64,000 bases of DNA from NCBI GenBank assembly GCA_037132075.1, contig JBAXPV010000009.1:45168-109167 (forward strand). The letters run 5' to 3'. Every line of letters starts with the position of its first letter. Positions within the stretch are counted from its first letter, which is position 1. The stretch comes from Bacteroidota bacterium (GTDB taxonomy: Bacteria > Bacteroidota > Bacteroidia > Bacteroidales > CAIXZF01). Shown in pieces: positions 58,401 to 64,000 of this stretch. Both the position numbers and the translations under genes were made by a program. Under the pieces are notes generated by a model. It was given only the letters and a program-made list of their open reading frames with translations, ran no database searches and was not told the DNA's origin.

Positions 58401-61155
58401 CTGCGTGAATAGCGCTGTTTTGTTTACTGACAATTCTTTTTCCAACATCAACTATTGGAACTGGAACTTCGGAAATGCAGGGACCTCGCTCAACCAAAAC
58501 CCTTCTGAATCCTATGCCACATCAGGACTATTTCCTGTAACACTCACCGTTCATGATAAATATGGTTGTGTTGCTTCTGTAATCCATAACATCACTGTGA
58601 ATGCACCCATGGCTTCGGGAAACATAGCAGCTTTTCCTGATACCATCGTTTGTGCCGGAACCACCGTTCTCCTGCTTGCGCCTCCCTGTGCAGGCTGTAG
58701 TTATGTCTGGAATACAGCTGCTACTAATGATTCTATCACGGTGACCCAGACAGGAGTTTATACCGTGACCATCACCGATGCCAATGGCTGTAAGTACAGC
58801 ACACATATTAAAATTGTCGTCCTACAAAATCCTCAGGCCACCATCACCAGCAACAAAAACAAATTATGCCTGGGTGAATATGCGCTTTTATCAGTGCAAT
58901 ACAATCCAAAATGGACTTATGCCTGGATCAGCAATGATGCCTCAGTGAACGGGAATACAAACGCCACCGTTTCTGCATTTCCTGCCCTGGTGGGTAATTA
59001 CTTTTATAAAGTAGTGATCAACGATACCGTCACCGGCTGCAGCGATACCACATTTGCATTTATTCTACATGTTTACATGCCACCAGTGGCACCGCTCATC
59101 ACAGCCCTCGGACCAACAACGGTTTGCAAAGGAGATACCATCGTACTAAAGGCAACGCATCCCAACCCCAGCGTCAACTTCAAGTGGAATACCGGTGAAA
59201 TCACCACGACCATTAAAGTGAGCAAGTCAGGCTGTTATAGCGTCGTGGCTACCGATACCAATGGCTGCAACAGTTCAGCCACCTATTGTGTCACCGTGAA
59301 TCCCCTGCCATCATTATGTTCCTATTATGAAGGCTGTTTCGACACCTGTGCCCCATTCCTCATCAAAGGACCTCCGGGAAACACTTCATATCAGTGGTAT
59401 ATGAATGGTTTGCCTATAGCTGGCGCAAATGCGCAAAATTATCTCGCAAATGTCAGCGGCACCTATTCTCTTGCCGTCACCAACAGCTTCGGATGTTCCG
59501 ACACCACCGGAAATCTGAATCTCACACTCTATAAATGCCCCGACAGCCTCTGTGCGAAATTTGTGATCGATACTGTCTTTTGTATAGAGAATGGTCATTA
59601 TATCATGCATTATCATGTGACGAATCTTTCCATGATTCCCATCAATGAAGTAAGTTTGCAGGTATTACCGCCCAATCTCACTGTGGCTGCGGCACCCTCA
59701 CTTGTCATACAGAACATCCCTTCTGCCGCGACTTCATCACAACTTACGGCTACACTATTTAACGGTGTCGCCGGCAGCAAACTCTGTTTCCGGACCCATG
59801 TCTTTGCCTACGATTCCGTGGGCAATGAGATCATGTGTTGCATCTCCGATACTGTCTGTGTCATCCTTCCGCCTTGTCCGCCCGAGCCATGCAGCTGGGC
59901 TGGAGCCCCCGCTGCCATTAGCGTAGCCGGCAATGTACTCCTGGCGTCACCCTCTGGATTGACCTACCAGTGGTATACTTCGCCACCATCATTGGGGACG
60001 CTGATACCGGGTGCCACGAGCCAGTTTTATACCCCTTCAACAACAGGAAACTACTGTGTTGTCATCACCAAGGCACTCCATTGTACTGACACTGCCTGCA
60101 TTTTCCATGAAGTGCCTGATACAGGGTGTTGTTATTTACACTTCTCCTGTGATTCAATCTGGTGTGTCTATAACGCAAACGGCACGAAAGAGTACCATTT
60201 TAAATTGGAAGTGCTCGCTTGCGGAACGCTGAGCATCACGGCAAACACAGCAGGGGGATTGAGTGTGCCCTACCCGATGATCTTTCCCGGAGGAACAAAC
60301 TATATCATCGGCACCTATACCACGCCCACTGATTCCCTGATGTGCCTCACCTTCCTCATGGGCAACGGGATCTTCTATTGTAAAGACACGACCATTTGTT
60401 TTGCCCTGCCGCATTGTCCGCCACCACCGCTGCCCTGCAACTGGCAGGTGACGCCTTCGCTCTGCGTGGGTTCCACGGCTGCCTTCCAATACAACGGCAT
60501 CATGCAGCCAGGCACCACTTACTCCTGGATGTTCCCTGGCGGAATCCCTGCTTCGGCCAGTGGTCCGGGCCCACATTATGTGAATTATCCGGTGGCAGGC
60601 TCATATTCAGTGATACTGACGATGTCGAACCCCTATGGATACACGCTTTGCACAGAGGTCATTCTTGTCTCAGCCAAGCCTGCGGCTGCTATTCAGCAAA
60701 CAGGTAATATACTGCTGGCCGTTCCCAACAACATGCTATACCAGTGGTATTTCGGCAGCCCGTCTGCTGCCACGGCAATCCCTGAAGCCCACAGCCAATA
60801 CTATGTCCCCACTCAGAATGGGAGCTATTGCGTGGCTGTACTCAACAACATTGGGTGTGGCGATACCGCTTGTATTGACTATGCAGCACTGGGCATCCCA
60901 AACTTAAGCTTAGGGAAAACCAACATCAGCCTCAACCCCAATCCCACCAGCGGCGACATCAACATCCAGATCCTCGGGGATTATGAAAACATCAATATAG
61001 AAATCACCAACCTCACCGGCCAGCTCGTCAACAGAAAATCAAGCGAGAAAGCAAATCTTCTGCAAATGAGCATCGACGGTCCATCCGGATTGTACTTCGT
61101 GACAGCCCGCAACGACAAAGGTGAAATGGTGGTGTTTAAAGTTGTGAAGCGTTAG
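55477..61155 (+). CDS. Giant Cys-rich cell-surface protein with PKD and Ig-like (YQW-type) repeats and a T9SS C-terminal sorting domain
   Basis: 1892 aa with a signal peptide. Several PKD repeats (e.g. FNNLSAGAISYQWFFGDGGTS, SSFFWDFGDNTSS, ASWNWNFGDASSS, NYWNWNFGNAGTS). Many Cys-framed Ig-like modules (SYQWYMNGLPIAGANAQNY...GCSDT). C-terminal domain ISLNPNPTSGDINIQ...GLYFVTA...VVKR. Confidence 0.85.
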   Translation: MKNIYLAVISICLFFTVSSVMAGLPGDTICTGDKVTHPLISHIPYPGCPSAGQNGTVGSPDHQGKDNCEKVCKFSIITYFTAVHPGSTYFWKATGDVTITGINTNTVVVHWDATPFGSLTVYETNHWGCVDSNKICVEKLDLPIANFSFPASACKLAQVQFNNLSAGAISYQWFFGDGGTSNATDPLHVYNSGGIFTITLIATNSCHCTDTLKKTINVSSLPGPDISCPSTVCAHDNATYSTSVSGCVYHWFVQGGIIVGPFNQQSVNISWGPGQMGAVGLYLSGCASVCTDTTWVAIPIIPAVAIIAGPSKVCPGDCADFSIPDFSGATYHWSLNSGSCGSIKDTSECGKVEICYPAFGYPCNDTLKVTYYDNHLHCGGSGIKIIHFRPKLDIFGPAEVCVKNLASFFAASGVSCTWKISPVGPVFSPGPGSSVTFNWMNLPGTYIITAFPQNPNQVCNDSASFSVTVLPAPAKPVITGDTLLCPNSVGQYCATASGNISWVIVGGTPANGSGNCITVNWGATPPFRVKAVNAMTSSPFCPSDTTTLKVNVITPAPMPVITGSHTACANLTQGYACNVVMPAGSTFSWTLNPPNAGAITIGQNTNAVQIEWGNNAPQTIILSLSVTVCNTTVTDTFHISLNPVPLPVAYQVGNLCQGGSAQLAVSGGVFTAWQWSGPGSFSSSLASPTINVQGLYQVTATAGGCPGISQINVTYVGSPLASISAQGPLVYCIGTPFSVNLCALGNGNYSYQWSGGGPGTQCYTVSAPGSWVVTVTDNSNGCFAISNSLSVSTIPCAGGNCTPNGSAGFTHASCNPVVFTNTSVNASSFFWDFGDNTSSIATNPTHTYNQAGFYLVTLTATVPDASGTGFCTVKDTALIEVPLVAKFDILPACFGLPVCFTDKSVHTVGNSIASWNWNFGDASSSGTQNPCHTYALPGTYVVTLTISNANCTTSHSDTVIVRAKPTAAFSFSNNACVNSAVLFTDNSFSNINYWNWNFGNAGTSLNQNPSESYATSGLFPVTLTVHDKYGCVASVIHNITVNAPMASGNIAAFPDTIVCAGTTVLLLAPPCAGCSYVWNTAATNDSITVTQTGVYTVTITDANGCKYSTHIKIVVLQNPQATITSNKNKLCLGEYALLSVQYNPKWTYAWISNDASVNGNTNATVSAFPALVGNYFYKVVINDTVTGCSDTTFAFILHVYMPPVAPLITALGPTTVCKGDTIVLKATHPNPSVNFKWNTGEITTTIKVSKSGCYSVVATDTNGCNSSATYCVTVNPLPSLCSYYEGCFDTCAPFLIKGPPGNTSYQWYMNGLPIAGANAQNYLANVSGTYSLAVTNSFGCSDTTGNLNLTLYKCPDSLCAKFVIDTVFCIENGHYIMHYHVTNLSMIPINEVSLQVLPPNLTVAAAPSLVIQNIPSAATSSQLTATLFNGVAGSKLCFRTHVFAYDSVGNEIMCCISDTVCVILPPCPPEPCSWAGAPAAISVAGNVLLASPSGLTYQWYTSPPSLGTLIPGATSQFYTPSTTGNYCVVITKALHCTDTACIFHEVPDTGCCYLHFSCDSIWCVYNANGTKEYHFKLEVLACGTLSITANTAGGLSVPYPMIFPGGTNYIIGTYTTPTDSLMCLTFLMGNGIFYCKDTTICFALPHCPPPPLPCNWQVTPSLCVGSTAAFQYNGIMQPGTTYSWMFPGGIPASASGPGPHYVNYPVAGSYSVILTMSNPYGYTLCTEVILVSAKPAAAIQQTGNILLAVPNNMLYQWYFGSPSAATAIPEAHSQYYVPTQNGSYCVAVLNNIGCGDTACIDYAALGIPNLSLGKTNISLNPNPTSGDINIQILGDYENINIEITNLTGQLVNRKSSEKANLLQMSIDGPSGLYFVTARNDKGEMVVFKVVKR

Positions 61156-61168
61156 CTTTTTTGTGGCA

Positions 61169-61198
61169 CAGAGGGGCGCGGGCAAAAGCGTCCCTCTG
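61169..61198. terminator. Stem-loop between convergent genes (possible bidirectional terminator)
   Basis: CAGAGGGGCGC-gggcaaaa-GCGTCCCTCTG forms an 11-bp stem with one G-U pair. No U-tract on either side. Confidence 0.4.
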
Positions 61199-61210
61199 CA
61201 CTATAAAAAA

Positions 61211-61936
61211 TTATAATACTAAGATCTTTTGAGAATAAATGCACTTATTCCCTTCCTCGATCGTACAGAAATAATAGCCGGCAACAAGGCCTCTGGCATC
61301 AATTGTGCAAGAACCATTTTGCCCCGACAAAAGAAGGTCTTTTACGATACGACCCTGTAGATCATAGAGCTTTAAAACAGGCACTGAAGCATGCCCTTCT
61401 CCAATGGAATATTGAATGTTACATTGATCTTTAAGCGGGTTAGGGTAAGGCGCAGAAAACACATCCAGTTTCCCGGGCTCATCAATGCCAAGTCCTGTCA
61501 TCCCATGAAACGTAACATTGACACAAACAGAATCCATTAAGTTTGACTCATCAAAGAAAGTATAACGAATCACGGAAGTCCCCGGGTTTCCCTGCGGGAT
61601 ATAATGGCCTACGAAGTTTATTGAATCCGTAAACCCGGCAGGAATCGTAACCGAAATGTCACTGACCATATTCTCTGCCGGCTGACAATTTCCCCAGCAA
61701 AAGTAATTTGTCGACCCAAAGATGATATAAAAGTACGTCTTCTTTACCAGCACATTAATGTTTGATCCGGCGGTATTGTGCACATAGAGGTGAAAGTCAT
61801 TCGTGCTGTCGCCACACCAAAGTGTGATGTTGGCGTTGTTGGCCAAGGGGCCGTTCGCACCGGCCAGGTGCAGCGACTGTGCCCCGGAAACCAAGGCACA
61901 GCTTAGCAAAAATATCAAAAAACAGATCTTTTTCAT
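61211..61936 (-). CDS. Small secreted protein with a T9SS C-terminal sorting domain
   Basis: 241 aa with signal peptide ...LVSGAQS. C-terminal domain FSAPYPNPLKDQCNIQYS...LKLYDLQGRIV...GYYFCTI. Confidence 0.7.
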   Translation of the reverse strand: MKKICFLIFLLSCALVSGAQSLHLAGANGPLANNANITLWCGDSTNDFHLYVHNTAGSNINVLVKKTYFYIIFGSTNYFCWGNCQPAENMVSDISVTIPAGFTDSINFVGHYIPQGNPGTSVIRYTFFDESNLMDSVCVNVTFHGMTGLGIDEPGKLDVFSAPYPNPLKDQCNIQYSIGEGHASVPVLKLYDLQGRIVKDLLLSGQNGSCTIDARGLVAGYYFCTIEEGNKCIYSQKILVL

Positions 61937-61952
61937 AAAAATGGTATCGAGG

Positions 61953-61960
61953 CAAAAGTA
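61953..61960 (-). promoter_or_regulatory. -7 box TACTTTTG for the 61211-61936 gene
   Basis: Perfect TAnnTTTG on the minus strand, 16 nt upstream of ATG 61936. Confidence 0.45.
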
Positions 61961-62050
61961 ATGGTTTTTTCAATTGGAGATTAAGATTAAGATGAGCCTT
62001 CCTTTGTTGAAGCTGCTCATCCATTTCCCCTTGTGCAGCCCCACCTAAAT

Positions 62051-62099
62051 CCTCCCCAATCGGGGAGGCCGGGCGGGGTTCCCTCCCCAATCCAGGGAG
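62051..62099. repeat. Two copies of the GC-rich unit CCTCCCCAATC, each able to form a short hairpin
   Basis: Copy 1, CCTCCCC-aatc-GGGGAGG (62051-62068), has a perfect 7-bp stem. Copy 2, CCTCCCCAATCCAGGGAG (62082-62099), is degenerate. They sit in a GC-rich island within an AT-rich divergent intergenic region. Confidence 0.5.
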
Positions 62100-62169
62100 A
62101 GCAGGCAGGGCAGGTTTGGGTTTCATTTTTTTTCTTATCATTGTACCCAATATACCAAGTGCCTTGCAT

Positions 62170-64000
62170 ATGAAAAAGAAACCCACTCCCAGGCCCGCTG
62201 CCAAATCTGCTTCCAAGCCCGTCTTTCAGCTTGCCAAACCCAAAGGCGACTTAAAGATCTCCTTCATCCTGCTCCTTCTCGGCTACGTCCTCCTCCCTGT
62301 CGTAACCCCCAACTTCTACACCCTCGACACCGCCGGGCCTAAGTTTCTCGCCATCAGCCTGCTGAACCTTATTGCCTTCCTCGTCTTATTCCTGGATGAC
62401 TCGTACAAACAAAGAAATGCCTTAAGGTTTGGCTTCTTTAAAAATGCCATCGGCATCGCCTTTAGCCTGCTGATGCTCATCACCGCACTGTCTTTTCTCC
62501 GAGCCATCAACCTGAATGAGGCCATCCTCAATTATATCAAAGCCATCACAGTATTCGCATCAACCTATATACTCTATGTGATCTTTAGCAGTAACAGAAA
62601 GTATATGCACTACCTGGCCGTGGCTTTTAGCGTGATGCTCCTTTCGGATTGTGTGACTGTTTTTTATAATATGTTGAATTACATCTCGGGTGATATTGCT
62701 TCAATTGCTGAAATAAAATCTGTTTATTCCAATAAAAATGTACTGGCCTCAGCCTTGTTTGTAAAAGTGCCAGCCGCCCTTTACCTGATGTTTTTCTCGA
62801 AAGGATGGATTAGGGTTTTAGGCTATCTAACAGGGATTTGTGCAGTGTTCGCAACCTTATTCATGAGTACAAGAACCTTTTACCTGGGCCTGGCTTTGTT
62901 GGTATTTGCCCTTTTTATCTATGCTTTGCTGCGATTTATTGCCACAAAAAAGAAGGGACCTTTGTTAGCGATCGGCGGTTTGATTGCTGTGTTTGTGCTG
63001 GCAATTGGGATGTATATGGGCGCTCAAAAATACCTTTTTCATAAAAATACAGATACAGCCTATAATGTGAGCATCCTCAAAAGGTTATCCACCATCAAGA
63101 GCGATGCCACAGGAGCGGGGCGCTTTGATGCCTGGAAGCGGTCGGTGCGCCTGATCAAAGAAAATCCCGTTTTGGGTGTAGGCACCGGAAACTGGAAAGT
63201 GGTGGTCTTAAAGTATGAAAATCCCGACAAGGAGGATTTCATCTATATGTTTAAAAACCACGATGATTTCCTGGAGATTACGGCGGAAACCGGTTTGGGA
63301 GGCGGGCTGGCATACCTTGCAATCTATATTCTTATCCTGCTGGCTTTCATTCGGGCCTGCCTGAAATCAGGACCTGACGAAACAGACATAAAATTCCTGT
63401 TCCTGCCTGCCTTCGGCATCCTGGCCTACAGCGTCGATGCCCTCTTCAATTTCCCGGCCGACCGGCCTGAGATCCAGGCACTCTATGCCGTCTACATCGC
63501 CCTGGCAACTGCGCTTTATGGAACCACGATAAAGGAAGGCGCAAAAAACCTGGCGGCAATGTCAGTCGTGCAAAAGCTGAAATCAAAACCCATGATGAAG
63601 CTTTTGGCTGTCGGGACTATTGCAATGATCGCTGTGGTTTCCTGGCTCCTATACCTGAATGTCATCTCGCTTCACTTTCAGCGTTATGTCAAGGAAGACC
63701 TCAACAGAAAGGTGTTTCAGCATAGCTTCCAGGAGATCAATGCCGGCTTCCCCTGGTTTCCCGACCTCACGGTGAACGGAGAGCCTGTGGCAGTGAACAA
63801 AGCCCGCTACCTGCTGAATGAACAAAAGTACCGCGAGGCAGTAGATCTCCTCCTGCCTGATCATTCAAGTCCCTACGATACCCGCCGCGAGTACTTCCTG
63901 GGGATGGCCTACGACAAACTGGGAAAACTCGACAGCGCCATTTACTTTGTGCGAATGGTCAGGGCACTGAAGCCGCTGAATGCCAGCTCGGCGCGTATGA
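62170..64000 (+). CDS. O-antigen ligase (Wzy_C-like) family membrane protein with a TPR-like C-terminal region; partial, runs off right edge
   Basis: Hand translation from ATG 62170 stays open to 64000 (610 codons). It has multiple TM helices and a Wzy_C-type block, RFDAWKRSVRLIKENPVLGVGTGNW...FKNHDDFLEITAETGLGGGLAYL. The later KYREAVDLL...YFLGMAYDKLGKLDSAIYF is TPR-like. Confidence 0.7.
   Translation, partial: MKKKPTPRPAAKSASKPVFQLAKPKGDLKISFILLLLGYVLLPVVTPNFYTLDTAGPKFLAISLLNLIAFLVLFLDDSYKQRNALRFGFFKNAIGIAFSLLMLITALSFLRAINLNEAILNYIKAITVFASTYILYVIFSSNRKYMHYLAVAFSVMLLSDCVTVFYNMLNYISGDIASIAEIKSVYSNKNVLASALFVKVPAALYLMFFSKGWIRVLGYLTGICAVFATLFMSTRTFYLGLALLVFALFIYALLRFIATKKKGPLLAIGGLIAVFVLAIGMYMGAQKYLFHKNTDTAYNVSILKRLSTIKSDATGAGRFDAWKRSVRLIKENPVLGVGTGNWKVVVLKYENPDKEDFIYMFKNHDDFLEITAETGLGGGLAYLAIYILILLAFIRACLKSGPDETDIKFLFLPAFGILAYSVDALFNFPADRPEIQALYAVYIALATALYGTTIKEGAKNLAAMSVVQKLKSKPMMKLLAVGTIAMIAVVSWLLYLNVISLHFQRYVKEDLNRKVFQHSFQEINAGFPWFPDLTVNGEPVAVNKARYLLNEQKYREAVDLLLPDHSSPYDTRREYFLGMAYDKLGKLDSAIYFVRMVRALKPLNASSARM

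Noticed and set aside
57784-58497. A 237-aa antisense ORF inside the giant PKD gene, plus other long antisense ORFs (60154-60576, 59386-59616, 1272-1709, 5763-6200, 20261-20695, 24043-24450, 25306-25761, 28322-28750, 42530-42961, 49925-50320).
   Set aside because: All lie entirely within, and opposite to, strongly supported genes with clear family motifs. Their translations are low-complexity or Arg/Gly/Cys-rich with no recognisable motif and no promoter box. They are typical shadow ORFs of GC-rich or codon-biased genes.
61797-62216. A 139-aa minus-strand ORF spanning the divergent intergenic region and the GC-rich hairpins.
   Set aside because: It overlaps the starts of both flanking genes and the promoter box at 61953-61960. 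Its Pro/Gly/Leu-rich translation derives from the GC-rich repeat, so it has no independent support.
1-64000. A search for rRNA, tRNA, tmRNA/SRP/RNase P-like RNAs, CRISPR arrays, IS elements, integrases and phage genes.
   Set aside because: The largest non-coding gaps are about 250 bp or less (35211-35459, 61937-62169, 51695-51886, 55291-55476). None shows tRNA cloverleaf hallmarks (no GTTCGAATC-type T-loop), regularly spaced repeats or inverted terminal repeats. No ORF resembles a transposase or recombinase.

Overview
This looks like an ordinary chromosomal (core-genome) segment of a Bacteroidota bacterium. The evidence is five proteins with type IX secretion (T9SS) C-terminal sorting domains, PorZ-like and PorV/PorQ-like genes, the conserved ftsX-DUF3098-uppP-truB synteny, several Bacteroidota-specific DUF families, no Shine-Dalgarno sequences, and many perfect Bacteroidetes -7 promoter boxes (TAnnTTTG) at sensible distances from start codons. 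I support about 49 protein-coding genes, packed tightly with many overlapping or abutting stop/start pairs.

Housekeeping genes: pgi, tadA, dnaG, greA, ruvC, ispD, queA, truB, uppP, ftsX, leuS, ferritin, kbl, cysDN, lysS, recO, ispG.

Envelope genes: GT2/GT9 glycosyltransferases, a lipid kinase, an O-antigen-ligase-like protein, a GT-C-like fragment at the left edge, and large secreted T9SS cargo proteins.

I found no rRNA, tRNA, CRISPR array, transposase, integrase or prophage signature.

The best candidate for an undescribed system is the tightly linked trio at 8914-17799. It combines an oversized plug-containing TonB-dependent-type barrel, a 1372-aa secreted protein of unknown function with a T9SS-like tail, and a PorV/PorQ-like barrel, and it is closed by a terminator hairpin.

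Secondary curiosities:
- an active/inactive transglutaminase-like pair
- a truncated galM butted against an orphan rhaD-like aldolase
- a 36-aa Lys/Glu-rich ORF with its own promoter box
- a cysD-cysN-kbl-methyltransferase gene string
- a mini Cas4/DUF2779-like nuclease at the end of a glycosyltransferase/lipid-kinase operon
- a 1892-aa PKD/Cys-rich giant carrying a duplicated uncharacterised module
- a GC-rich twin-hairpin island in a divergent promoter

All calls come from reading the sequence and the ORF track by eye. No database search was run.
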